From positions 124,001 through 188,000 of the forward strand of contig QPGO01000022.1 in the NCBI GenBank assembly GCA_008632985.1: 64,000 bases of DNA, written 5' to 3'. This document shows, one piece after another, positions 1 through 11,806 of this stretch; position 1 is the first letter of the stretch; every line of letters starts with the position of its first letter. Position numbers and translations under genes: made by a program. The notes below the pieces were generated by a model. The model saw only the letters and a list, made by a program, of their open reading frames with translations. It was not told the origin of the DNA and ran no database searches. The stretch comes from Psammoneis japonica (taxonomy: Eukaryota).

Positions 1-1080
1 GTTTCAAATCGGATCGCCCTCCGGTGCCAAGTTTTCACGATACTATACATTGACATGATAGGTCCAGGAGTTCACGTGCCAGTGATGACACTGCCTGGTT
101 TGCACCCGACAAGGTGATAGACACGGGTACATCGTTGCTTGGAGGCGGAACATCCCGAAACCACTGAGTATACGTGGACGAAAACGCCTTTACTTCAACT
201 TGATCCAAGGCTTGATTGGCTCCCGTGTCTCGATTCTCATAGGGGCGGTCGGCCGTCTGTAACCCCAAGGGTACACCATCCATTCCAGCGTCCTTGCCAA
301 CCGCGGTCCCACTCGACGTTGTGATTGCGGATCGCTTTTTACTGCTACTGTACGTGCATATCCAAGAGCACGAAATCAGGCAGCACGCTCGTCATGAACC
401 GACGTGGCATGGACAATTCTAACATCGCATTTGACAACATCTTTTCCCAATTCCAAAGCCTTGTCCTTCGTGCTATTCTTTCAAGATTGTGTCAATCAGT
501 CTGTCAAACGACATTTCGGCTCAATCTGCAAAGCCTCGTTCATATCATGGAGCAGCTCGACCCAGTCCGGTCGTTCGAAACCATGTTTGGTCTCTTTGAG
601 AACACCAGACACAAGCAAGGCGTCTACTTGCGGAGCGTCCAATAAATTGTCGGTATCCCATTTTATCGCCCAATTTGGTTTCCCACAGAGACATGTATCT
701 TGTAAGAGGCCCTCGGCTTTTGTCGTGACATTGTCTTTTGATGATGCTACGTTTGTTCGAAACGGTGCGGCACCACTGTAATACATGAATTCGACTGTAA
801 CTTGCAGAGGAGCTACTTGACCGTGTGTACAAGAGATGGGATCGTGTACGATTCAAGCGAGCAGATACCTCGGCGGTCTCGGGGTTAACACCGTGCAAGG
901 TTGAAATGGGCTCTTCTCCAATTCGAAAGCTTGGAGAAAAATTCAGCGAGGTCGATACGGACAGTAGCGTCGTGTTGCGGCATCTCGAAATTGTCGACGT
1001 TTCGCGGCGGTCTTTGCAGGTTTGGTTTTCTTGATATTCCTGCAGCTTTGTGAGTTCTCTTCTTGAAGGAGTATGATTAT
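1..1080 (-). pseudogene. Possible coding or degraded coding sequence of unknown function, split over several frames
   Basis: Protein-like minus-strand ORFs 545..898, 496..786 and 35..283 in normal-composition DNA. No family recognised and the frames do not join cleanly. Confidence 0.25.
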
Positions 1081-1587
1081 GAAAAGCCGTACGACTTTCT
1101 GTTTGTTCTTTCTCTTCTTTAAGTCTCTACCAAGTCAACAAGGTAAACATGCCGTGTGATGAACTCCGCCGCAAATGCCAATCAGGATTCGCTACAAAGA
1201 GCATACTCTCTAGTACGTGCCTCACAACAGCCATGATTTTCCGTTTGAATCAAGAGGACGCGGAAAGGACTTTAAATTTTGAATTCATTGTTCGCCGAAT
1301 AGATTTTGTTCAAAAGATTCCCGGTCAAGTTGCTACTCCTACGTTGTCTTTGTTCCAATTAATCAATGACGAGAAGGACGTAGAAAAATGACAAATACAG
1401 CCGTAAACGTCGGTGCCGCAAGGATTGACATGATTGCAAGCGCTATTGACTGTTGTTGGACGGTGAATAGGGGCGTGATCACTTCATTTTTTGTTGTTTT
1501 GTTTATTTCAATGCATGCCATGCTTGGATGTGTAGAGATTGCAATCGCTATTCGAATGGTCAAGTGTAATGTACTGTACGTCCATCT

Positions 1588-2360
1588 TCATCTTGCAACG
1601 TACCGTACCATGTTGGGTCCAGCACCAACCATGGCATGTCCTCCAGGCGGTACGACTATCTCAAGCTGATTGGCTTTCAATGTCTTTGAAAAGTACCCCA
1701 ACACACAGTAAGCAGTGTCGGGCGGTTCAAATCCATCAAAGGCCGTACCCAACCCCAATCCACCGCCAAAACCGCCACATCCCAAGTTTGGAAACACAAG
1801 CCAGTCGTCACAATTGAGTGGAGGAAGCATGACTTGTCGGCAAACCCTGTCAAGGCCGTCGTCATTATCACTACTAGTCGTTGTCGTCTTGAGTGGCATG
1901 GGGCTAAACTCGTGTCCAGGTAATCCAGTGGTTTGTAGCGATCCGTAGCAACCGTCATCAATGTAGTAGTGCATGGTGCATGGTGTATCCAGTGTTGCAG
2001 TCCTGGCTCGTCTCGTTGTTGTCGGTACCACAAAAACACTCCTACTCTTGAAACCAATGATTCGAGTACACAAGGCACCCGCATGAGCCACCAACAAGTG
2101 ACTCGCATCAATCGTGAGGGAAATACGAGGTAGTTCCAAAAGTTTGTGGAAGAATTCTTGTACTGACCGAGTCAAGGCATTGCCCCCACTGGGCGACAAA
2201 CCAGTCACATCGATACGAAACTCTAGTTGTTGTTTGTCCGCATCATCACTGCAGATTGGTAGTAGAGCCGATATCAATCCGTTCAAGTCGTCCTTGTAGT
2301 ATTCCAAATGTAGACTAAGCCCGTGCAATGTCGCATGGAGAGTGTGAGCAGCCGTTCGGA
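1588..2360 (-). pseudogene. Ornithine decarboxylase-like (PLP-dependent group IV decarboxylase) C-terminal fragment
   Basis: Motifs YYIDDGCYGSL and DGLDRVC..LP.L..DDWLVFPNLG...AFDGF match the Orn/DAP/Arg decarboxylase C-terminal sheet domain. The GPTC before DGLD is missing and there is no N-terminal PLP-lysine region or ATG start. Confidence 0.65.
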
Positions 2361-4857
2361 TCGATTGAATCAAGTCCTCCGAGCAATCCAAGCTCTGTTG
2401 GCAAGCTCGAGCTCAATTGATTGTGCTCTAGCCTCACGATGCGGAGAAGACTGACTCTGCCAATTTCTGAAGGTATTGGACCATGAAGCGCATTGAAAGA
2501 AAAATCAATGTCTTCGAGAGCAGTCATCTTGCCCATTTGAGTGGGTATCACACCTGTGAGGCGATTTTCTTGCAGCCAAAGGTTTCGAAGCAAAGACAAC
2601 TCCCCAACCTCGGATGGAATAGGCCCTGTTAGTTCGCAACTACCCAGCCAAAGACTCGTTAGCTTGGATAAGTTACCCACCTCCGAATAAAATGGACCGC
2701 CGAGTGAGTTTCCCCCCAAGTTCAGGTACACGAGGTTCGAGAGGGATCCTATTTGTTTGGGAATTCCACCGACAAACTTGCTTCCGCCAAGATCGAGATA
2801 CGTCAGCTTTGTCAGTTCATCAATTTGTCCTGGAATTGGTCCAGTGATCATGCCTCCATTTATTTCAAGCTCTGTAAGACCAACAAGTCCTCCAATCTGC
2901 TGGGGCAAGGTACCCGTAAAGGCTCCACCGAAACGTAGCTTCTTGAGAGCTGTCATCTGGCCCAGCTCAGAAGGGATGGGGCCTCCTGTATACCCCCTTT
3001 CTTCAGGCAAACCATCCACATAGTACGCAACGTCAAATCTCTCTACAAAGCAACAGCGGCATCAAGCCCCACGTGAGTAAAATATGCCATACGACTTGCT
3101 CCACGGGCAAGAAACGACGGGTCCAAGCTGAATGACTTACTCATACCAGTCAACAGACCGATCGTTGTAGGGAGCAGAGTGATGTGTGACTGAACATCGA
3201 TGTTATATACATCAGCAAACGCGTCAAACTCAACTTCAAACGTACATTAAGCGTAGTGTTAGGTAGAGTGCACGGGAAGGAAGAGGCAATGCAGAACGAA
3301 CTTGGACGTACCCAGGTTTGTCAATAGGCCGAGTTCCAACGGCAGTGCTTTCATATTGTCTTGATCGATCGTTAGATTCTGCAGCCCGCCTGCAGAGCTA
3401 CAAGCATCGACTCCACTCCAAGTGCATTCGTCGGTCGCTGTCAACCACGTTTCGTCCATAAAGTCGTCATCATCCATGGCGTAAAAAATTGTTGCAAGGG
3501 CAAATCGTTGAAGAATCCGATCTTGATCAGGCTCTTCCAAATCTCTGGTCACTTCATCGGCTAGGAGCCAATCAAAAGCTTGACGTTGAGCCGAATCGGG
3601 CAACTTCAGAGCATCCACAGACCAAGGACTTCTTTCCGCTAAAAGCGAGCTCAGAAAATCGTTGTAGGTTGTTGGGGTTGGCGTAGGTGAATCAGTGGTA
3701 GGACCGATCGTGATAGGGGACGGAGTGGTAGGAGCCATGGTTGTCGGACCGATCGTGATAGGAGACGGAGTGGTGGGAGCGATGGTTGTTGGTCCGACAG
3801 TGGTGGGAGCAATGGTTGTTGGTCCGACAGTGGTAGGAGCTGTGGTGGTCGGACCGAGAGTTGCAGGAGACGGAGTCGCCGTTTCGACGGAAGTGGGCGA
3901 AGGAGTAGTCGGAGTGGTAGTTGTTGGTGACGCAGTTGTAGCAGCCGGAGTTTCGGGCACATGGTTCATGACGACGATCGAAGAATCCGGAGCGACCTCC
4001 TCAAACGTCGCCTTTAGTCGTCCATCTCTAATGGCAGCATTCATGCTACCGACGTACCCTGCCTCTACGGCCTTTGGGTCCTCGTCGACAAGTTCTAGTG
4101 TGCTCAAAGATATGACTTGTTTGCAAGTGATACCATTAGAAACTAGATAGGGACAATCTATAAGTTCCGCGCAACGTACAAGACAGATGAGAAAGTTCTA
4201 AAGTTGCCAACAAGAACTGAGAGTAGAAGCACTCACCGATGGACGCCATTCCAACGATTTCTGTTTCCAATATCGTCACCAAAAGCTTGCGACGTAGGCG
4301 GGCGCTGGGGAAGGTTTCTGCCACAATTTGCAAGGCTAAAATGTTCATCGCTGCCTGCAAATCCGGAATAAACGCTATAGTGTCCACACCCTCTTCGACA
4401 TGAATATTGAAAGTAGTTTGCACCGGCAACTGGGTTGCAGGAGGAACCGTAGAGATCCCTGGAGTAGGCACAAGAGTTGTGGGGGGTGGGTTTCGTCAGT
4501 ATCCGATATGTCGTCTTTGTTTGAAAGACCGATGCTCACGCCAACAATCGCTCCGACTATTGCCGCAAGCGCAAATCCAATGATGGAGTACCGAAAAATC
4601 TTTCGCTTTTGTTTCCTGACTTTGTTTTGTCCGGTGGCAGAGTTGACTTTGTCAGCCTTTTCCTTACTCGATTTTTGTGGCTGCTCGGGGTCTGATGCCC
4701 ACGTTTCTCCGTCAACCGGGATAGGGACAGTAGCTTCATAGGAAGTCGCTCTCCTGCAACTTCTGTTCTTCTTCTCGCCGCGACTGTAAGCATTCATCTT
4801 TTCCTGCTCTCTTTTGTATCTGCTTGCTTCTCTCTCGCTTGAAGTAACTGGAAACAA
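2315..4857 (-). CDS. Membrane-anchored leucine-rich repeat protein (N-terminal TM, Pro/Thr-rich stalk, plant-type LRRs); 3 introns, one apparent frameshift, truncated 3' end
   Basis: TM segment IIGFALAAIVGAIVGVSIGL; PTT repeats; QRFALATIFY...W...CTWSGV.C cap; GPIPSELG-type LRRs. GT-AG introns at about 4158-4236, 3235-3311 and 3043-3140. Frame break at the C6 run near 4481-4486. Start codon uncertain. Confidence 0.85.
3695..3860 (-). repeat. Coding tandem repeat (PTTIAPTTVG / PTTPSPITIG)
   Basis: Repeated ggtccgacagtggtgggagc and ggaccgatcgtgatagg units. Confidence 0.85.
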
Positions 4858-5450
4858 TTCGGGTATGCCTTCGTCAGTTTCTTGCTTGCCATGAGATCTT
4901 GTGTTTCCAGTGTATCTGGAATTGTTCTATACTGGACTTATTTCCCGGCCAGCTGAGATGTCTGGCCCGCCAGGCCGGGTGCTTGGTGTCTTTCCTGTAT
5001 CTGCCTCTGTTGTCATGGTTATCTTTTTGTTTCATCAAAAAGGTATTGTTCTCATTGTGTGCGAACCAAACCCGCCAAATTAATTTGGATGCGAACGATG
5101 ATGTCATCAGAACTTCATTTTCACTCTTTGCATCATCGTCGCGTTTTTGCGTTCGCTTTCTCGCGCTCTTAGTACTTCTGTGTTGTGTGTTGTGTGTGTA
5201 TGTTGTCATAATGTTCATTTCTCATCAATGTAGAAGTAGAAGTAGAAATGAGTACGGCAGTCATGAGCTGTCAATCGTGGGATTGAGAAACGGCCAGACG
5301 CAGTCTCAGTGCATCATGCACTCAGATTCATTGTGTCCTGAAGATTGCAAACGACATCATCATCACCCAACCTTCCCAGATTTGCACAAAAACATGGGTC
5401 GCATCAAACATGCAAGATTTGTCTTTGCTTGAACACGCACTTTGTCAAAA

Positions 5451-5606
5451 CACAGCAGCGAGCAGTTGGGAGCAGAGCACCAGTGCTCACATCAGGAGCA
5501 CAGGCGCTTGCACAGCATCGCATTGTGTCGAAGCACAGCAGCGCGCAGTTGGGAGCGCAGCACCAGTGCTCACATCAGGAGCACAGGCGCTTGCACAGCA
5601 TCGCAG
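5451..5606. repeat. Two-copy tandem repeat, about 83 bp period
   Basis: cacagcagcg.gcagttgggagc..agcaccagtgctcacatcaggagcacaggcgcttgcacagcatcgca at 5451 and 5534. Confidence 0.9.
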
Positions 5607-5964
5607 TGAGCAACATGCACTTCATTGCGTGCTGGAAAAGGCCGTTTCTCGTTTCTCCACAAACACCATCAATGCGGAGCACCTCCAACAATGGCCGTCG
5701 CCGCTGAAAACGAGCATTGTGGATGTTGTGTTGATGCCATTGGGCCTGCTGTTGTCAACCCAAAAACTGGTTCACAATGAAAACAAATGAGAATGTTCTC
5801 TTGAGCCGAAATGTGTTTCTTCATTCTCACACTGTTCTCAGCGAGTGAATCAAATCGCTCCACTGCATTTGACGGAATCTGTTGATTCGAAGTGTTTTTT
5901 GGTTTGCTCAACTTCTTGTTCTCCTTTAATCTTTGTCCACATTTCTACAGGAAAATGTCACATC

Positions 5965-6150
5965 ATGCTGGGCGGCTCAAGTTGACACCACTTCAAACGG
6001 GGCGGTTCAAGCGGGCTGCGTCATGCGAGGCACGAGGCGGCTCAAGCGGATGCCAACACCTTGCTGGGCGGCTCAAGTGGACACCTGCACCTTGCTGGGT
6101 AACTCAAGTGGATGCCAACACCTCGCTGGGTGACTCAAGTGGATGCCAAT
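5965..6150. repeat. Minisatellite, about 30 bp unit, about 5-6 degenerate copies
   Basis: Recurrent gctgggcggctcaagtggatgccaacacc. Confidence 0.85.
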
Positions 6151-6399
6151 GTTGAACATTGTGTGGAGTGGTCCAAGGGTGAGGAGCACTCTTCATTTTA
6201 AAATCTGCGGTCTACCACTTTTGGGAAAGTCCCGAAACAAAGGGCAGACGAGGTTGCTCTCGTCTCTAACAACCACGAGTGACTGTCAAGGCAGCTGACT
6301 GCAGCAGCTCCTCAGCAATTTTTCTCTGCAAGACGGCCCGCGAGAGCCAAGGGGTTGCTCCCCGGTGAGACTGAGAGTGGCACCTCCAAGGAAGGGGGT

Positions 6400-8989
6400 G
6401 CCACTCGACGTGCTGCGACCCAAATCTCAGTTAGATGGGGTTGCCTACCCTCTGAGGTGGTGATTGGTTGTTTTCAAGGAATGTGGCAGGATGGAAGGAT
6501 AAAACAGCTGGACTGGATTGATCCACAGCACAGAATGGTCATCGAAAAGCTTGGATGGTCGTCCGCAGTGGCGCTTCTAGACGCCTCTCCTCCGCTGGAC
6601 GCTTGTCCATTTTCTTGTGCTTGCGCACCTTCTTACAAAGTCGATCTTGCGCAATGCCATCGACTGATCCAACATCTGAAAGGCGTTGGGCACGGGAAAA
6701 AGCAGTGCAGGTCAAACCATGCTCCTTCTCGCGGTTGGACAAATCGACGACAAAATGGGACTTGATGGTTTGGCCTTGAGCTTTCCAAATGGTCATCACC
6801 CAGCAAAAGCTTCAAGGGCAACACAGCACGAGCATGTTCATCACAGCCCGCATCATCTTGCTTTCGAGTGCACACGGCTGCAGTCACAGGGTGAATTGGC
6901 ACCCAACCTCGGCAACTGTCGTCGTCGGGAAAAAACGTTCCTCCACCGTAGTCTCTGCCAAAGTCAACCCACACAAACTTTGGAAGAGATGGAGCCAAGC
7001 CTGATTCGTCACACACAATGTCCTTTGCTGTCCCAGTTGCTCCATTGCACAATCCCGCCGACTGAGCAATGTTCATGGCAAGCATTGCTTGTGCTCCGAC
7101 GCTGAGGTGCACCNNNNNNNNNNNNNNNNNNNNNNNNNNNNNNNNNNNNNNNNNNNNNNNNNNNNNNNNNNNNNNNNNNNNNNNNNNNNNNNNNNNNNNN
7201 NNNNNNNNNNNNNNNNNNNNNNNNNNNNNNNNNNNNNNNNNNNNNNNNNNNNNNNNNNNNNNNNNNNNNNNNNNNNNNNNNNNNNNNNNNNNNNNNNNNN
7301 NNNNNNNNNNNNNNNNNNNNNNNNNNNNNNNNNNNNNNNNNNNNNNNNNNNNNNNNNNCAATTTCCATCATGAAGACGCTCTAGGAAGCCACAGAACCAA
7401 ACTGATTTGGGATCGTTGGGGTCGATGCGATTGTTTTTTGTCAGCTTGATGACCGTGTTGAACATTTGGTAGAGATTGTATCCGTTTCGATCATCATTGC
7501 TCGCAAACCCAGTCGCTTCCCACAAACAACGTCCTCCTGCTGGTGGCAACTGTCCAGGATCACCAGCCGATGCCACAACAACTCCGCCAAATGGTTCATT
7601 GACACCTTTGATTTCACGCAATCTCCGGTCGATGTGATGAAACTCTCTTTGACGCAGCATCGAGAACTCATCAAGAATCAAAAGCTTGAGATTCGCAAAC
7701 TTATCTTGAGCTTCAGTGAGATTTTTGTTCGTGAGAGGACGACAACGTTTACCGGAGAGGGGCATTCCCAGTCCTTCTTGGTGAGAGTGAACCGTAGATC
7801 CACCAATGACCGTTGCAGCCTTGCCTGTTGTAGCCACAAGAGCACAGCTGCTTGTCGGAAGTCCACGGTCCCGGAGAGTGGTGGCAACAGCATCAACAGC
7901 AAATGATTTTCCTGCACCTCCCATCCCAACAAGGAGAATGCACTGTCCCTCACTCTCTCCAACAACAGCACTTACAATTGCGTTGTGAGCCAGACGTTGT
8001 CGTTCATTGAGCGAGTCAAAAGAAACTTGACTCCTTGCAGCTCGATCGACGGGGTTAGACATGAGATGATCATGCTTTCGCTCCACTTCCTTGTCCCATC
8101 CATCACATTCCGGACAGTCATGCTCGAGTTCTGAAAAATCATGATCCTCTGACCATTTGAGATTGCTTCCAGAAAGAGCTGATGCATCGTCCATCTGCGC
8201 AGCATGCCCTGCATCCATCCAAGAGTCTTGGCTTGCATCCGTTGAACCAGAGTCCAAGTCGTCACCCATTGGCGCGTCAACGTTGTCATTCACGCCGTTC
8301 CTGTTGGGCAAGCGCAAGCTCGATTCAATCTCGCATTGAAGAAAACCAGGAATTTGTTGACCTTGTCGCGTCAGAAATGGAGCATGCTGGCTCCAAGCAC
8401 GAATGACATCGTCATTGGATGCGTTGGCGCCACCCCAAGCAGATTCAAATGTGCCACTCCATGGTTGATGCTTGGTCAATGAGTGCTTGCAGTGCTTGAC
8501 AAAGTTGGGACCTCCAGGAGAACTTGGGACTCGAGGTGCAAAAATGGCTGCCGTGTTGGGTTTCTGGTGGCAGCGGATTTTCTTCTTGTGCTTTCCCGAC
8601 TTGCCAACACAGAATCTAGCGGCAAATTCTTGTAGAGTGAGGTCTCTAAGTCCTGGCTCAAAGGCTGCAAAAACTGAACGATTGGCCCAGGCTTCTTGGT
8701 TGAGGCGTGCAGCGCATGCATCAACGACCGTCGGCATTGCAGCAGAATCCGCTCCTGCATCGGCGCCAACGTCTCCATCAGAAGGATCATCCGACTCCTC
8801 CAGGTCAACTTGCCCAGTGGCATTTTCGAGATTGACAGTGACAAAGGTGTGGGAGCAAGAGACAAGAGGCAAACTTAAAATGAGATGGCACGTCTCCTGT
8901 TTGGAAACCATTCGCTCACCTGTTTGGGGTGACCATTTTGATTCATTCAAAGAACAAACAATGTGCTGTGAGCAGAAATGTAAAGTCAC
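6400..8989 (-). pseudogene. PIF1-like SF1 helicase region of the Helitron, spanning an assembly gap
   Basis: ORFs 7073..8989, 6633..7361 and 6539..6799 with Walker A/B, GLCNGATG, and helicase motifs V/VI. Confidence 0.88.
7114..7358. other. Assembly gap (N run)
   Basis: Run of N bases. Confidence 1.
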
Positions 8990-11806
8990 ACAAGGATCAA
9001 ATCAAAACTAGACGTGCCCAAAAGCTTGGCCATTGCACTCTTCAACGCTGCCTGTGCACTGCATCCATCATCGATTTTCTGCTCTGCTATTTTGTGAACC
9101 ATCGCGGTCATTCGCATGGACGGCATGCTGGATTCAGACTTGGAGACGCACTTGGTCATGTGCTCAACGACCTTGCCGGCATCTGCAACAAGTCGGAAAT
9201 CAACATTGGCTCTCCAAACCTCGAACATTGGGCGCAATGACTGTTGATCCACTTGTCGTTGCGTGCCAACACCATTTCCATTCTTGAGACTTTTTGGGTC
9301 TCTCCAGCTGTGTTCTTGACAAGCTTCTCTACAACAACCAGACGAGAAATTCTTGAAAGCTGCAAAGGATGTCCAAAGCGACAGTCCAAAATGTGTTCAT
9401 CTGCTTTCGCCTTGTCGCACTTGGACTTGCGGTCACAGCAGCCGCCGGGCTTGCATGCATGCCGTTCCACCACGTTGCATGGATTGCAGCAGTTGCTGGT
9501 GCAGTCATCTCTCGTCATCTCTGGCACATCTTGAGGCCTGTCATTGCTTGGGTGCACTCCATCCACCCCGGGACGAAACTTGGTGGACTCAGCCGCTTGT
9601 CGGATGTGGCATCTTCTGGAGGGCTGGGGTGAAACGCAGAGATGAGAAATTCATTAAAGGCGACAACCACGTCTTGTGCCTCCTTTCCATCTCTGACAGC
9701 TTGCAGCATCTGTTCAAAAGAAAGCTCCTCGTCATCTTTGCATTCAAACTCCTCTTCATGTGTGTCCAGTTCACGATCCTCCTTGGCAAAATCGTCATCC
9801 TCATCCAGTGGACCTTGTTGGCACAGTTTCAAAGCAGCCAATCTTCCTTCCAAAACAACCTGTGACAGGTCTGTCAGCCCCGGGTCAGCCTCCAGTCGCA
9901 AACATCCGTGAACATGAGCGGTGCCGGGGGCTTGGTGTTCGATCCGAAACCAAGTCCAGCTTGTTTTCATGCCATTCTTTCCAAAGAAGCTCTTCATCAT
10001 CAAATTGACCCGTTCTTGAAAGAAGGCGTCAACAATGTGAGGATTGTCTCGGACAGCCTTGCGACGATGGGTGGCTTTCTCTTCTTCTGAAAACTCTTCA
10101 TGGTTAGAGTTGCAAGCCAACAAGGCGTGAAGGTCCGCCCAGTGGTTGTCGGCGGCTGAAAAAGCAAACCACAATGTGGGCATTCCGCACTGGTCCATCA
10201 GAGCCTCGAGCTCCTTCTTCTTCTTGTAGAAATGCGAATCGCCACCTGGGATGTTCGCGTTGAACTTTTGCATGTTGGAAACAAGTTCTTTGAAGCGCGG
10301 CCCCTTCTCTTGCACCACATGCTTCAGCTCTTCCTCGGCGAGCTGTGCGTTTTCTGGGCACTTTCGCAGGCATGCTTTCTTTTGATCCTGGTGACGATGT
10401 CGAGCAGCTGCATTCTCGGCCCAATGCATCCACCGATTGTGGCGTGCAAACGGATGCACCCACTCTCCCTCCTTGTTGTCAAAATGGGCATGCTGAAGCA
10501 AGTGCTTGTTCGCCTCCGCCATGGTCACGTTGACGCGGCGATCGTTGCACGTGACATCCCCATCGCCGCATGGGAAGAGAGCAGGAAAGGCTGGGCTTTG
10601 AAGCCGAGGAAAGGTGTGGTCATTGATGGGCTGGCCGTTGTTTTCAATCTCTTGGATGACAGAAGCAGGATCAAATCGATCGCGGAGAGTGCTTGAAATT
10701 TCGGCGCGCTGCTGACCTGGATGAGGGCCAGATGGCAGATGCCCAGACGCAACATCCTCGCCCTCCTGTCCGCTTGCCCCACCTTGTTCTGGACCACTGG
10801 CAGCAGCGTCTTGGTCCTCACTTGCATCACCTGCTGGCTCACTCTCATCTGAAACAGAAGACATGGAATCTGCCACTGAACCATCCTCTGGAAGAAGTGA
10901 AAGCTTTTCTGGGTCAATGTCGATGTCACAACAGCCCGGATGATTTTCCTTCAGCCAGACAAGACATTCTGTGACATTGTCATGGCGAACCTGAAAGTCT
11001 TTGCATCCATTTGGTGTCCTTTGGTTTGGCTTTCGAAGGACAAAAACTGGCAAGTCGGAAACCTTGAGTGGAAGGCTCGCAATGACTTCGTTCACATCCT
11101 TTTCAAGATTCACGACGGATCCTTTGTACCCAACTTGACCAGACTGCAGACGACAGCACTTCATGACAGCATGAGTGCAAGCAATTGGCATCTCTTTGAC
11201 CTCGGATGGCATGGGCAGGTGGGCAGGACGTCCCTTGGCATGGATGTCCATGTTGTTTGCTGCAGAGAAACGACTCAACACATGCTCCTTGATGTCCTTG
11301 GAACAAGCAAGGCACTGCCGCGGGTCGGACTTGTTCATGGTCATGTTGAACCAGCGCTTCTTGCAAGTGGCACACCGCGTCATTTCTGTCTTTGAAATTC
11401 CGTGCACAAATTCATCTTGACAAGCTTTCATCTGTGGACCAGTCAAACAAGAGTGAGAACGATTGAAGAGGAAAGCAACGACAATCAAAATTGTGTCTCT
11501 TGCATTGGGGTGGTCTTCTAGATTGACACCTGGATGCCGGCCGTCCCTGCAAGCTTCAAAACATTCATCAAGGGAAGAGGGTGGAACTGGAGGGTTGTCA
11601 GAAGAGGACGAAGTAGATGATGATGACGAGGAGGAAGACGAGGACGAGGACGAGGAAGGGTCATCGTCCATTGGTTGCCTTTTTCGTCTGTTTGCTTGTT
11701 TCATTGCTTGGCGGTTTTGCAGTCTTGCTTCTGCTGTTGACACCCCTTTGAAAATCTGGCTTCTGCATTTGATTGGCGTTGTTGAGCCCTTGCCGTTTCT
11801 TGCCAT
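8986..11806 (-). pseudogene. Helitron Rep (HUH endonuclease) region, frameshifted
   Basis: ORFs 9515..11806, 9156..9566 and 8986..9252; motifs WRANVDFRLV and VEHMTKCVSK (mutated YxxKY). Confidence 0.85.

Noticed and set aside
35..283. WFRDVP resembling an antizyme frameshift region near an ODC-like gene
   Set aside because: No TCC-TGA shift site and no antizyme domain recognised.
5965..6150. CRISPR-like 30-bp repeats
   Set aside because: Head-to-tail degenerate minisatellite with no unique spacers and no cas genes, in a eukaryotic context.
6218..6265. Short hairpins as the Helitron 3' terminator
   Set aside because: No CTRR at the expected distance, and TA-depleted sequence continues about 1 kb further.
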